Origin: Leucoraja ocellata
Taxonomy: Eukaryota
DNA: 51,400 bases
Assembly: GCA_036785375.1 (NCBI GenBank)
Contig: JAWMAR010004410.1
Location: 1 to 51,400, forward strand
Direction of reading: 5' to 3'
Positions 22,563-36,440 of this stretch are shown here, piece by piece. The notes beneath the pieces are model-generated. The model saw nothing but the letters and a program-made list of their open reading frames with translations. It was not told the DNA's origin and did not search any database. A program made the translations under genes and the position numbers. Numbering within the stretch: the stretch's first letter is position 1; the number at the start of each line of letters is the position of its first letter.

Positions 22563-24359
22563 AGAAATGTGTGGAGGACTGCATCCTTACAAAAACCTTC
22601 CAAGCGGGGCCTGAATGCAATCACCTCCTACAAGGCGAAATAAGGAGGCAGCTCGAATGTCTGCGAAACATCACTCCCTGACGAGCTCAATGCATTTTAT
22701 GCACGCTTTGATAGGGAGAATACTGATGTGCCTTCCCAAGCCCCCATTCACTGTGATGCTATTTCAGTCTCAGTCACAGAGGCCAACGTCAGAAAATCCT
22801 TCAGAGGGGTGAACCCTCGAAAAGCACCTGGTCCTGATGGTATACCCGGTCGTGTTCTAAAAACCTTTGCGGACCAACTGGCTAGAGTTTTTACGGACAT
22901 TTTCAACCTCTCACTTCTGAGGTCTGAGGTTCCCACCTGCTTTAAAAGGGCATCAATTATACCAGTGCCCAAGAAGAGCAAGGTGACGTGCCTCAATGAC
23001 TATCGACCAGCGGCACTATCGCCTGTGGTGATGAAGTGCTTTGAGAGGTTGATCATGACGCAAATCTAGTCCTACCTCGACAAAAACCTGGACCCACTGC
23101 AGTTCGTGTACCGCCACAACAGATCAGCGGTGGATGCGATCTCGCTGTCCCTCCACTCCGCTCTGGACCACTTGGACAACAAAAGCTCATATGTCAGGCT
23201 GTTATTCATTGATTACAGCTCGGCATTTAATACAATCGTCCCCTCCAAGCTGGTTACCAAACTCGCAGAACTGGGTCTCTGCGCATCCCTCTGCAACTGG
23301 ATCCTCGACTTACTCATTCACAGACCACAGTCTGTTCATATTGGTGGAATTGTGTCAGCCTCGAAAACAATCAGCACGGAGCACCTCAAGGCTGCGTGCT
23401 CATCCCCCTGCTGTACTCACTCTATACTCATGACTGCGTAGCCTGTCATAGTGCGAACTCCATAATCAAGCTCGCTGATGGTACCATTATTGTGGGACGT
23501 ATCACTGATGGGGATGAATAAGACTATAGAAGAGAGATTGAGCGACTGTCCATATGGTGCCAGCACAATAACCCGGCCCTCAACACCAGCAAAACCAAGG
23601 AACTGATTGTGGACTTTGGAAAAAGTAGGATGGGGACCCACAGTCCCGTTTATATCAACGGGTCGATGGTTGAAAGGGTCAAGAGCTTCAAATTCCTGAC
23701 CGTGCACATCTCTGAAGATCTTTCCTGATCCAAGAACACTGATGTAACTATTAAGAAAGCACATTAGCACCTCTACTTCATGAGAAGATTACGGGGAGTC
23801 GGTTTGTCAAGGAGGACTCTCTCTAACTTCTACAGGTGCACAGTTGAGAGCATGCTGACCGCTTGCATCATGGCTTGGTTCAGCAACTTGAGCGCCCTGG
23901 AGCAGAAAAGACTACAAAAAGTAGTAAGCACTGCCCGGTCCGTCATCGGCTCTGACCTCCCTTCCATCGAGGGGATCTATCACAATCGCTGCCTCAAAAA
24001 GGCTGGCAGTATCATCAAGGACCCACACCAACCTGGCCACACACTCATCTCCCCGCTACCTTTGGGTAGAAGGTACAGGAGCCTGAAAACTGCAACGACC
24101 AAGTTCAGGAATAGCTACTTCCCCACAGCCATCAGGCTATTAAACTTGGCTCGGACAAAACTCTGAACATTAATAGCCCATTATCAGTTTATTTATTCAA
24201 GTGTGTATATATTTATATAATTCTATATGGACACACTGATCTGTTCTGTAGTCATGCCTACTATGTTCTGTTGTGCTGAAGCAAAGCAAGAATTTCATTG
24301 TCCTATCAGGAACACATGACAATAAACTCTCTTGAATCATGAATCTTGAATCTTGAATC
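22563..24359 (+). mobile_element. Rex1/Babar-like LINE, 5'-truncated and disrupted reverse transcriptase
   Basis: Peptides KAPGPDGIPGRVLK, FTDIFNLSL, NDYRP and [16 protein letters not shown], with stops and frameshifts. Ends in AATAAA plus a (TCTTGAA)n tail. Confidence 0.88.
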
Positions 24360-27300
24360 CAGTGATTCTTCAAACATTACATGTGGTTTACATAAAATAT
24401 CGCCAAACGTGCACAGCAATAACTTTTGATACCATGAGGAAAATGTAGAAAGGCTCGCGGTTTTATAAAGACTGAATCATGTAGTTGGCCAGCAATTATG
24501 TATTGCTATCATTGATTTTTACGTTCCCATTGCAGATATTATGTGTAAATTCTAATTGAATGCTGGACTTGAGTAAAGAATTGTAGTTCCCCTCTATCTA
24601 GCAAAAAATTAGAGTTATCATGCAGAATCCATTGCCCCAATTGTTACGATGTAAGAATGAAATGCTTCTCATCAGGCACACACCCTGCCTGAGATCATCG
24701 CCCACCAACTCTGGAACTGTCCGAGACGACAAGAAGGTGACCCAAAATCAAACCTATTTCCATATTTGCACAGGACGTTGGCCTCCCACAGCAGACGTGG
24801 ATAGAATAGTAAGATAATCCACAGTCGCACATCTCATGCAATGGCTTCATCACTGATGCATTTGTACGGGTCCGATTTAGGTAGAATTATTTCCAATGAT
24901 AGCTCTTACATGGAGAGCTCGTACATGTGCATATGTCCAGTTGATTTTGTTACCAATTTTCTGAGGCAATAAAATAAAGACAAATGAGGAATTTATTTAT
25001 CAATGCTTTGGACAACCTTCTCAAATCCAACATTATTAAAGAAACATTTTGCCATTACAAACAGTCCAGGCTCATATAAGGAGGTTTATGGCTATTTCTT
25101 TCTCAACTTAAACTCAATAACGGATGAGTTTGCTAAGTTTGCATTATTTCTAGAGCTGTGGAGTCATACAGCACAGAAACAGGCCTGTCACCTCAACTGG
25201 CCCATGCCGAGCAAGTTGACCCACCTTTACTGTTCCCCCCTGCCCATGTTGGCCCATATCCCTCTGTACCTTTTCAACCATGTACCTGTCCAAATGTCTT
25301 TCAAATACTTTTGTCGTACCTGCTTCAACTACCTCCTCTGGCAGCTTCTTCCAGAAACCCACTGCCCTGTGTGTGAATAAGTAGCCTCTCGGGTTCCTAT
25401 TAAAATCTTTTCTCTCTCACTTTATACATATGTCCTCTGGCTCTTGATTCCCCTACTGTGGGTAAAATATCCTGTCCATTTACCCTATCTATTCCCCACA
25501 TGATCGTATATACATCTATCACAGCATCCATCATCCTCATACGCTCCAAGGAATAAAGTTCCAGCCTGTCCAGCCTTGTTTTTATTTGATTTTGATTTAA
25601 TTTATTGTCATTGTCTTCAATTAAGAGACAACGACATTCTCTTACCCTTACAGTCATATAAAAAATAAAAATAAATAGCCTCTCCCTTTAGCTCAAGTCG
25701 CAGCAACATCAAGACAATAGACAATAGACAATAGGTGCAGGAGTAGGCCATTCAGCCCTTCGAGCCAGCACCGCCATTCAATGTGATCATGGCCGATCAT
25801 CCCCAATCAGTACCACGTTCCTGCCTACTCCCCATATCGCCTGACTCCACTATTTTTAAGAGCCCTATCTAGCTCTCTCTTGAAAACATCCAGAGAACCT
25901 TCCTCCTAAGGCAGAGAATTCCACAGACATCCTCGTAAATCGTCTCTGAACTCCTTCCAGTTTTATATTTGACCAGCAGATGGTGCAAGAGCTACACTAG
26001 GATTCAGTACATAAATCAAAGTGCAGATAACTGCAGCAACTGCAGCAACAGTTTTTTTTCTGAAAGCAAGAAAATTACAAATATGGAGCCAAGTAAAAGT
26101 CTGATTATCCGACACACTTGGGAATTTGGAAGTTGGTTGATTGTTGGAAGTTGGTTGACCTTTAAGAGCCCTACCTAGCTCTCTCTTGAAAGTATCCAGA
26201 GAACTGGCCTCCACCGCCCTCTGAGGCAGAGAATTCCACAGACTCACAACTCTCTGTGAGAAAAAGTGTTTTGGCGTCTCCATTCTAAATGGCTTAGCCC
26301 TTATTCTTAAATTATTTCTTAAATTCTTAAATAGTATTTACTTTAGCTACCTCAACAAAGTAATTGGTTCTTGCTTGATACCCTTATTTTTCCAAAGTAG
26401 AATTGTTCTTCCTTGCTGACTATGTAGCTTCTCCACATAAATGCCTTTCTTCTTCATCTGCAAAGCAGTGAGAGAAGACAACCAAATAATGGGCCAATTT
26501 ATCACATGAGCCATCGTACTTGAGTACATTGATTTCTCACAACTGATCACCACTGGGAAAGGCCTAGATTTTTCACCAAATAGGGTGTAAAAGGTAGTCA
26601 CCATCATGGAGAGATTCAGCGTGAAAACAGACACTTTGACCCACCAAATCTGTGCCAACTTACATTATATTTTATCATTATACCCATGTTATATTACATT
26701 TAATGCACCAAACCAAATGTATTTTAAGCATGTAACTGCTATGTTAAATTTATGCACTAGGTGGCGCACTGGTAGAAAAGATAGGAACGGCATCTACTGT
26801 GCCAATAGGTCTGGTTATGATATGGCCGTGTACAGATGCAGGGCAGTTCCACATATGCCATATAAGAGGTTAGTTCACAATCTGACCCAAGAATATAATA
26901 CAGAAGAGTAGAGTCAAAATCAAGTCAACACTTTAATGACTCTGTTCATCACCTTCACTATGATCTTCTCCCTATGAATCTAAAATTCAGTTGGGCCATT
27001 TCTTGCATCTCTCCCTTTTTCTGTATCTCTCTGTCACTGTCTCAGGAGACTAACAATCCACTGACATTTAATATAGTCCAACTGACTCGCACAATGATCT
27101 TGACAAGACTTCCTCCAACATGGTCTCTTGTAAACAAAGAAAATAGGTGCAAGTCGAGGCCATTTGGTACTTCGAGCCAGCACCACAGTGCTGTAAGTCC
27201 ACCTTTCTTTCCCTTTCTCTCAGTGTCACCTTTTCTGTTGCACCTACTCTTAAGAAGACTTTCCTTTCCAGAACACAGGCTCTGGTAAAGTTATTTTCAT

Positions 27301-28359
27301 CATAGGTTTAAGGTAATAAGGTTTAAGGGGAAAGGCTTAATAGGAACCTGATAGGGTGGAGGGTGTATGGAACAACCTGCCAGAGGAGGTAATTGAGGCA
27401 GGTACTATCTCTTGCAGTGTTTAAGAAACATTTAGACAGGTACATGGATAGGACAGGTTTAGTGGGATATGGACCAAAAGCAGACAGGAGGGACTAGTAT
27501 AGCTGGGACATGTTGGCAAGGTAGGCCAATGGGCCTGTTTCCATGCTGTATGACCCTATGACTCTATAACATCTCAGATGTCCTCCACTGAATGTGATTT
27601 CTCCTCTGCTGTGGTCGATGGACCTCCCGTTCACATTTCCTCCATTTAACAAAGATACTATTCCCTTGGTCTTTACCTTTCCACCAGCTGCGATGGGATC
27701 CCACCAGCAGTCACATCTTCCCCACCCCATCTCTTCCTGCTTTCCCTCTGCCACTCACTAATTCACTTATACATTCCCACCCACCTCTCCCTGCCCCCTA
27801 GCTCTTTCTACTGCAACCGTAAGAGATGCTACACTTGTTCCTACACCTATGTCCTCACTACCATCCAGTGGCCTAAACAGTATTTCCAGGTCAGATGTAG
27901 ATTCACAATCTGCTACAACTTTGTCTACTCAATTTGTATTCCTGATGTGATCTCCTCTACATCGGCGAGACCAGCTGTAGATGAAGCAGCTGCCTCGTGG
28001 AAGTGCTCTGTCCCTAATGGCTATTCTGTCTTCCCAGTTGCCAGACCTTTCATCTCCCCTTCCTACTCACACTGACCAGTCTGTCCTAGGCCTTTGCATG
28101 ACCATGGTGAGGTCTAATCCAGATTGGAAGAACAGCACTTCAGATCTCATCTGGGTAATCTACAATTTAGTATGAACAATGAAAATTAGATTATTACATG
28201 TGCTGCAATTTCAGGTAATCCTGTGCTCCCTTTTCTCTCATTTTTGTCATTGTGTAAATAAAGTTGCCCGTCAGATTCCTATTAACTCCCCCTTCACTTT
28301 AAACCTATGTGCTATAGGTTGAACAAGGGCGGAAAAAACATTTTTCAGTGGTGCCAGTG

Positions 28360-28770
28360 CAGGAAGTGAGAGTTAAACTTTATCAAAATGCTTCAATGGG
28401 TGAAAGAAACTTATTTGAAGTAAGACAACCTTGCTGCAGCGAATTATAAAAGGCACTGAAGTCACTCTGACGGCGCATTGACTGGGGTAGCTGTTTTAGA
28501 TGCTGTGACATTGTTTTTGATTCCGTTCTCTTCCAACACGCACTCTGTGGATTTCATTGACACAGATCCTCAGTGTTTGCTTGAACAAAGGCAGTGATAT
28601 TAATCTAGGGAAAGTGAAAACTTCCTTCGGCTCGAACGTAACTTCCTCTGCTCAGTACACCCTCTGGCATTTCACAGTCTCTGATATTCTCCGTCTGCGA
28701 TGCGAGTACACAGCGGACGGATCATCCTCACTTGACATTTGCACGATTGGAGCTGACCGCGGGCGGAGAG
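28360..28770 (+). promoter_or_regulatory. Putative promoter of copy B (same ETS/IRF/PU.1/CCAAT/GC motifs, offset +18040)
   Basis: Near-identical to 10320-10730; GAAAGTGAAA at 28610-28619. Confidence 0.5.
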
Positions 28771-28806
28771 TTTAACATTTCCAGGGCCGGTCAGAACCTG
28801 GAAAAG

Positions 28807-28855
28807 ATGCAACTCCTCCTGAAGCTGCTTTTCATCCTGCATGCAGGAACACAAG
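28807..28855 (+). CDS. IgSF receptor copy B, exon 1: signal peptide MQLLLKLLFILHAGTQ(G)
   Basis: Paralog of 10767-10815, with the same GC donor AAG|GCAAGT. Confidence 0.75.
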
Positions 28856-29611
28856 GCAAGTTATGTTGATCGGACAATCTGTGGACCAAGGAGCCGTGAT
28901 GAGGATCATCATTATGTGGCATATTGCATCGATAGGTAGTTCAGGAGCGAGTCTGTTATTAAAACAGCAAGTCGATTAATATCTCTGCTCAAAGGCCGAG
29001 AAACCCTTCAAAATATTTAGTCTCCATTTAATCTATATTTTTAATGTTGGAATACAAGTTTTGCATCTTCATTGACTGCGATTGCCTGCAAAGATTCAAA
29101 TAGTTAAAACATTTGAGATATAATTCGGTCACTACAACTCCATCAGAGAGCACAAAGCAAGAAACTTACGAAGGTGTAGAAACGAAGAACAGCAGATTCT
29201 GGTTTGCAAGTGAAGACACAGAGTGCTGGAGCAACTCAGCGGGTCAGGCAGGCAGCATCCCTGGAGAACATGGATAGGTGGCGTTTCGGGTCGGGACCCT
29301 TTTCCAGACTTTGAAAAATCATCTCATCCATGTGCCCCTGAGATGCTTCCTGACCCGCCGAGTTACTCCAGCCACTTGTGTCTTTTCTAGCGTCCAAATA
29401 TCACGGTGCCACCTGCCACCGAATCTGCTGAGAGAAGGCATTTGCAACCATCATGGAAGCGAGAATCGTTGTTTGAAAACGTCAGATTTGAATGCGTTTC
29501 TTTTAAGTATTGTTTCCGTTAGAAAACCAATCCCTCGTTCAGTGTGTAAAGTGGATGTTTATTGAACTACTAACGGGAGTATCATTGACAAATGTATTTA
29601 TTTTCCACCAG

Positions 29612-29959
29612 GAGTTCCGCTAATCACAAATTTGATCCAGTCACGTCTGGTCAAGGTGTGCAGAGGCGAATCCGTCACGTTAAACTGTACGTTTAGTTAT
29701 AATGGAAGTGTGAATGCCTGGCTCCGCGTTTCATGGTATCGGACATCGCCTGTAGGGCCTGATGTTACTTGCAACACGAACAACTTGCTCTGCATTCCTC
29801 ACCCACTCTGGCGTGGTTTCAACAACTGTACAGTATCACTGAAGATTGAAAATGTATCGTTTGATCAATCTGTTTACGACTACATTTGTGAGGTGAAGGT
29901 ACCAAATGTCTTCCCTCCAATTCATGAAAAGGGCCAAGGAACACGAATACAGGTTTATG
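29612..29959 (+). CDS. IgSF receptor copy B, exon 2: VJ-type V domain
   Basis: Same splice sites and phase as copy A; open frame ending IHEKGQGTRIQVY. Confidence 0.92.
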
Positions 29960-30754
29960 GTAAAGTATTTGTAATACTATGATGATCTCCAGTCTCGCCA
30001 CTTTATGTTTATGAAATCAATAATGTTAAACGCAGTGACATTTGAACCAAGCCATTTACAGATACTTTAACAGACATAATACCAAGCAGACCCAATTAGA
30101 AATAAGATGACATGAACACATTTCGTTTCAACCTAAATTAATAAGGCATATGACGACACAAAGGGCTGGAGCAATTCAACGGGTCAGGCAGCATCCCTGG
30201 AGAACATATCTGGTCTAGACCTTCTTCAGACCATGTTCCCCTGAGATGCTGACTGACCCGCTGAGTTACTCCAGCACTCTTTCTTTTGTAAACCAGAATC
30301 TGCAGTTCCGTGTTTCACAGAGGTACTTCAAGGTTGGTGTTTCCAGCATTTTTTAGTAATACACGGCTTGTGATACTGTTGCGTTGTCTCATTTGATCTT
30401 AAATCGTATATGAATACCAACAGTGACAATATTGCTCCATTTCTCTTTCTTTTCACGTTCTATTCTGTCCATACCAAAGGATGAGCTGGTTTTACAACAG
30501 TTAAAAAAATAACTCTTTGAGATAGTTTGATTGACTGCATTCAGTTAGGATTCAGTTTGTGATAGATCTCAATCTGCCAATGGAGGAAGGGATGACAGGT
30601 CAGTATGGGAATGGAAAAGCGAATTGAAATGGATAGCAATTGGCAGCTCTTTCCCAGAGTGAGCAATGGTGGGTAGATGGGGATGGTGCATGGAAGGGAA
30701 CATTTTAAGGGGAGTTCACTTCTTGTACTAAGAATTAATGGAAACAGAGCTTAG

Positions 30755-31680
30755 CCAAGTCAAGCTGTTTATTGTCATTGGCACAAGAACGGTGAGGTAT
30801 AGGTGCAGCAAAAATCTGCACACAGAAACATAAATTATAAGTAAATTTATTACATAATCACATTTAATCACATAAAATTCTACAAGACTAAAAAATGGAA
30901 GAAGACTGTAAAACACAATAAGTAAAACAAACAAGTCCATGGTGTTCCATTGTCGTGGAAGGATTGGGGTCGTGTGGGTTGGTTCAAAAAAGTTGTAGGA
31001 AAGTAGTGGTTTCTGAACCTGGTGGTGTGATACTCTAGGCTTTTATACCTTGCCCTATGGTAACAGTGTGAAGAGGGCAAGGTTTGGATGGAGAGATAAT
31101 AGATGCCACCATCTTGAGGCATGTAGGTGGGGAGGCCTGTGGTTGTGATTGCCTGAGCTGAGTCTAGCCTCTTGAGTTCCTATGCATTGAAATTTCCATA
31201 GCAGCCCAAGATGTATTCAAACAAGTCAGAATACTTCCTACAGTACATCAGTAGAAGTTTCTTTGCATGTTGCATAACCTGCCAAATCTTTTTAAACTTC
31301 TAACAAAGTAGAGGCAGTGGCAGATCTTTTTCATGATTACAGCTATGTGCTCTGCTTAAGAGAGGTCATCTGAGATGTTATCATCCAGGAATTTGAAGTT
31401 GCTAACTCATTCCACCATTGACCCAATCTTAAAAACTGCATGTTGTCGCCCGACTTCACCGTTCCAAAGTCAATGGTTTGCTACATTGTTTTGTTGACCT
31501 TGAGTGAGAGTTTGTTGTTGCAGCACCACTCAACCAGTTGTTCCATCTCTCTCTTGCACACTGACTGATCACCACCCATAATTCAGCTAACCACAATGGT
31601 TGAGTTGATAGATGGCATTGGAGCTATGCTTAGCCACATAGCTATGGGTGAGAAAAGAGTAGAGCAGGGTGCTAAGCGGT
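30755..31680 (-). mobile_element. Old degenerate LINE (Rex1-like) in intron 2; only its 31288+ part is retained in copy A
   Basis: Minus-strand peptide RARYKSL...TTRFRNHYFPT resembles RRYRSLKTATTKFRNSYFPT of the 22563 element. Confidence 0.6.
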
Positions 31681-32839
31681 TGGAAATTATATGACTGCCT
31701 TGGTCACCTTTGTTTGCACCAATTTAGTCTGAGGAGCAATTAAATTGCAGTGCATTAAATTACGTGAGGTCTCAACACACAAACCAGAAAGGACGTGGAT
31801 CTTGTTGCCTGGAGTAACTTAGAAGCATAGATGTAATTTAGCTGGTAGAAGAATTGGGTTGATGTTGTGAACAAATAAATTCACTCGGAGGTACACAAAA
31901 ATGCTGGAGAAACTCAGTGGGTGCAGCAGCATCTATGAAGCTTCCTTCGCTCCTAGATGCTGCTGCACCCGCTGAGTTTCTCCAGCATTTATGTGTACCT
32001 TCGATTTTCCAGCATCTGCAATTCCTTCTTAAACAAATAAATTCACTTAATCAGTGGCAGTGACTGGAACTCATCACCAGAATGGGTAAAAGAAGTAGAA
32101 ATCTTCACCAAATTTCATGTACCTGAATAAGCACTTGAAGTGCATCACTTGCAGGGCTTTGAACTTGAGAAGTGAGAGTAAATTTAACGTATGTTTTAGA
32201 GCAGCATGTATTCAATAAATCTCCTACACCAGGGGTTCTCAACCTTTTTCGGCCCGATTACCACTGGCAACTTTAATAGCACATAACAATGTTATTTCAC
32301 TTATATATGAACAACTAATGATGAACAGATACCGGTATGCCAGAACCAAACACAGTCAGTCAATGAGAAAAAATATGTACAAAATCCAGACTCAACAAAT
32401 TTACCCCCTGGGTAGGTGAAATTTACTCTCTGGGGGTAAATTTATCCCAGGTTGGGATCTCTTGTTCTACACCATAAATTTCTACAGTGATTATCATTAA
32501 CTCAAATTACCACTAGTCTCTCACTGAAATGTTTTACTGTGCATTATTGTGCATTACGAGTATCGCCAATACTAACCAAAAGACTGTGAGTCTGTTGGAT
32601 ATACATGATCTCATTTTGCCAGGACCATGGAGTAATATTATAATGGTCCAGCATATATTTGATCCTTGATGCGTCTCAGCTAAAGAAGGGCTATATTTTT
32701 TATAATTCTACATCATTAATTTAACATATTCTCTATGAAAATAGAGCAGAATTTTGGACAACTTACTGTGTCAGTAAGTTTCACTAACATTGAAATGTGT
32801 GATATATAGTTTAATACTTTATGCTTTATCTTCTCTCAG

Positions 32840-33130
32840 ATCTTCCAGAAATGTATATACGGAGTGATACTTTGGTTGCTGGTCATGAATCCACTCTAAC
32901 CTGCACTGGCAAGGGATTGTACGACAAGGATATCTCCTTTACATGGACATGCACTTCTACAAATATCACTGCACCAACTTTTGAAACAGACAGGAATGGC
33001 ACACTAGTTGCCACCAGTCATTACAAGATTGTCCCAAGAGTGGAAGACAATGGAACTGTTTGCAGTTGTCAGATTAATCATTCCGTTTTTAGACGGCCAG
33101 CTGTAAATACGATCAAACTGAATATTATGT
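32840..33130 (+). CDS. IgSF receptor copy B, exon 3: C1-like domain
   Basis: Paralog of 14262-14552; one amino-acid difference (V/I). Confidence 0.92.
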
Positions 33131-34478
33131 GTAAGTATCATCTATAACTTTTGAAGTGGTATTCACTGTATTGCTAAATTTTGAATTCTTATAGTATGCA
33201 TATTGTTGTGTTATAACTGATATGCACTGTACATCACCATCTATACCAGTCTAACTGAATATCTTCTGCATCTACTTTACCTGCTCATTGACCCAGTTCC
33301 ATTAGTTTTATCACTTACATTTTCTCTCATTTATATTGTTCTTGGTTTCTTCTATTTTGCCTTCCTCTCTTGTCCTGTTACTCAGACCCAAAGTTTCAAT
33401 TCACCTTTCTCAATTGCTTTTAATTAATCTGCCCCTAATTGTCTTCTAACTATGATGATTATTTCCCAAATTTGAATCATTCTCAGTTAAGTTTGAAGCT
33501 TATTTATAGATAGCTCTTGGTAATCCTATGTGTGTGTCTCCCCATCTCCACTGAGGCAATCTTAAAAGCTAATCCTGCTAACCTTCCTTCGCAATCAGAG
33601 TTTATGACACTTACCGGGTGGATCAATATTCATCATCCCTCTCCCTTCCATATTCATGTTCTATCCTATTTATTTTAGAATTGGACTTTTGCCATCTAAG
33701 TCCTCATTGTGCGTGTGTGCATTGATAAAAGTATTTCAAGTATAACTAATTGCTCCTTCTCCAAACTTCTTGGCTACGGTCTCACCGAGGTTCTATGTTC
33801 CCTTTCACCAAAACTTTCACCACCACCATCTCCTGCAACACTTCACCCGTTTGCATCTCTGCTTGTTTTGTACTTCATATCTCTCTTTCTCTACCAACAA
33901 AAGTTGATTCTACTCTCCAAGCTTTTGCAATGAGTGGTATCTTCTTCTCGCTATTTTCAATGCCCGTCTTATGTACCTGTCTTAACCTTAGGTCTTTGAG
34001 TTCATAGCCCTCTGTCCTACATTAACTTTATTTTCAATATCAACTCCTCTATTCATGGCCACACCAACAATATTCCCTAGGAATTTGGACCTCCATTTGC
34101 TACGTTTACCAAATACTTCATTTCTCTACTACCAGCTGTATAACCCTCGAACAATTCTACATTTCTCCAGTCGTAATGTCGAAGAATCTCAACTTTCATC
34201 ATGCAAATGGCTCTAGCATTCACTCTAGCATTCACTTTCCTCTCCGCATCAACCCCTCACTCTCCATAGACAAGAACAAGCTTAGCTTTTTGTTACGTAT
34301 CTGATTCTTTCCAACTTGGCTTCAGTGGCAGTCTGAGTTATACTGAGGTCCCTTGAGAATGATTAGCTTTCAGAAGTGCAAAGTTTGATTGTGAATAGCT
34401 GTTCTGTGTCTACTTGCATGTTAATTATTTTCACATTGCTTTAATCTACAATAAAGTGTACATTATCTTTACCGTTAG

Positions 34479-34796
34479 ATGGACCACAAGATCTATTAAT
34501 AACATACAGGTTGAAAGCAGTGGATACTTTTCGACTGATCAATGATAGCATCATCTTTGTTGCTGCTGATTCATTTCTGGAACTGAATTGTCGCGTAGAT
34601 AGTAATCCGGTGCCCACTGTTTTCTGGACAAATGCCACGGAGAATCATAATGTAACATTGCAAACTGGAGTCGGGTTCAACAGTTCAAAAGAATGGACAC
34701 GTTTCCAGCATAAAGATGAAGGAATGTATTGGTGCATGGCAAAAAACGACTACGGCTGGAGAAACAGAAGTATCTCGATAAACACAAAACAGAAAG
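34479..34796 (+). CDS. IgSF receptor copy B, exon 4: C2/I-set domain
   Basis: Paralog of 16439-16756; four amino-acid differences. Confidence 0.92.
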
Positions 34797-34956
34797 GTAA
34801 ATAGAAATGTAATTATACATGTGCACAGCTAACAATGTTCATTGAGGTAGAATCATTCTTAAACCTCAGCTTAATTAGTTCAATGTCTTTTTTATTGATC
34901 TTAGTGATTGATCAATTGTAATATTTTATTTATTTTACAAATCATATATAGTAAAG

Positions 34957-35540
34957 TTGTACAGAGCCTTGGTGAGACCACACCTGGAGTATTGCGTACA
35001 GTTTTGGTCTCCTAATCTGAGGAAGGACATTCTTGCCATAGAGGGAGTACAGAGAAGGTTCACCAGACTGATTCCTGGGATGTCAGGACTTTCATATGAA
35101 GAAAGGCTGGATAGACTTGGCTTGTATTCACTAGAATTTAGAAGATTGAGGGGGGATCTTATAGAAACTTACAAAATTCTTAAGGGGTTGGACAGGCTAG
35201 ATGCAGGAAGATTGTTCCCGATGTTGGGGAAGTCCAGAACAAGGGGTCACAGTTTAAGGATAAAGGGGAAATCTTTTAGGACTGAGATGAGAAAAACATT
35301 TTTTACACAGCGAATGGTGAATCTCTGGAATTATCTACCACAGAATGTAGTTGAAGCCAGTTCATTGGCTATATTTAAGAGGGAGTTAGATGTGGCCCTT
35401 GTGGCTAAAGGAGTCAGGGGGTATGGAAGAAGGCAGGTACAGGATACTGAGTTGGATGGTCAGCCATGATCATATTGAATGACGGAGGCTCGAAGGGCCG
35501 AATGGCCTACTCATGCACCTATTTTCTATGTCTATGCATG
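34957..35540 (+). mobile_element. 5'-truncated CR1 LINE, copy B-specific insertion in intron 4
   Basis: 170-aa RT C-terminal ORF. The paralogous site at about 16915 is empty. Confidence 0.9.
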
Positions 35541-35789
35541 TAACGACTATTTACTGTTGTCATCTTCAAATGCTTTGATTTTATAGTGTTTTTCCATTGT
35601 AGATTTAACAAAATTAAACATTAGAGTGCTGCATTTTTGTTTATTAATGGCAGTGACTTCTGGAATTGAAAGAAATATGTACGCTGCTGTCTAATAAAGT
35701 AAAACGATTGCAGTGCTTTTTAAAAACTTTTTATGTCTCTCAGAGCTGAAACATTACATTTAGTTGACATCTTGAATTTTCTTTCACAG

Positions 35790-35891
35790 ATTATCCTTTT
35801 CTTTATGCTCTGGTCCTAACTATCCCCCTAACTACTGCCATGATTTTGGCAATAATATATGTTTGTCTGAACTGCAAGAGGCAACGGAAAG
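35790..35891 (+). CDS. IgSF receptor copy B, exon 5: TM plus stop-transfer (DYPFLYALVLTIPLTTAMILAIIYVCLNCKRQRK)
   Basis: Acceptor TTTCTTTCACAG| and donor AAG|GTAAAA; 102 nt, phase 1-1, open. Hydrophobic helix followed by a basic cluster. Confidence 0.88.
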
Positions 35892-36142
35892 GTAAAACTT
35901 AAAATAAATCGTTGGTTGTAGGTGTTAACCAAATCGACAACAATAGCCAGCTGAAAAATAATGTGGTTTTCAATCAATCGTGTTATTTCACAATCCGTTT
36001 TGATATCCTATGTGTTGCTTGCTGGGTTAATTTCATGGCTAAGCCTCTCTTTGGTTAAATAAGTGTTACATTTCAAGTTAGAATATCATGAAAGATCTTG
36101 TTCAATACTTTGCAGCAATGCCCTGGTTTCAAAAATGAATTT

Positions 36143-36440
36143 AGTTTAGTTTAGAGATACAGCGTGGAAACAGGCTCGTCAGCCCATCGAGACAGCACCG
36201 GGCAATGATCACCCTTACACTAGTTCTGTTATCCCACTTTCGCATCCTACACACTGGGGGGAAATTACAGAGGCCAATTAACCTACGTCTTTGGAATGTG
36301 GGAAGAAACCAGAGCACCAGGAGAAAACCCATGCGGTAACAGGGAGAAGGTACAAACTCCATATACTGTAGATTGCACCTGTAGTCAGGATTAAACCCGG
36401 GTCTCTGGTCAGTAATTCTATGGCTGTGCCACTGTGCTGT
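36143..36440 (-). mobile_element. tRNA-derived V-SINE (HE1-like); related copies at about 45669-45935 (-), 46751-46950 (+) and 51145-51325 (+)
   Basis: Minus strand has a tRNA-like head (GTGGCACAG...CCCGGGTTTAATCC), a V-domain (GGTGCTCTGGTTTCTTCCCACATTCCAAAGACGT) and a (TAAAC)n tail. Confidence 0.75.

Noticed and set aside
22563-24359. Active or domesticated reverse transcriptase
   Set aside because: It is 5'-truncated with several stops and frameshifts, and the catalytic motif is degenerate (LADG).
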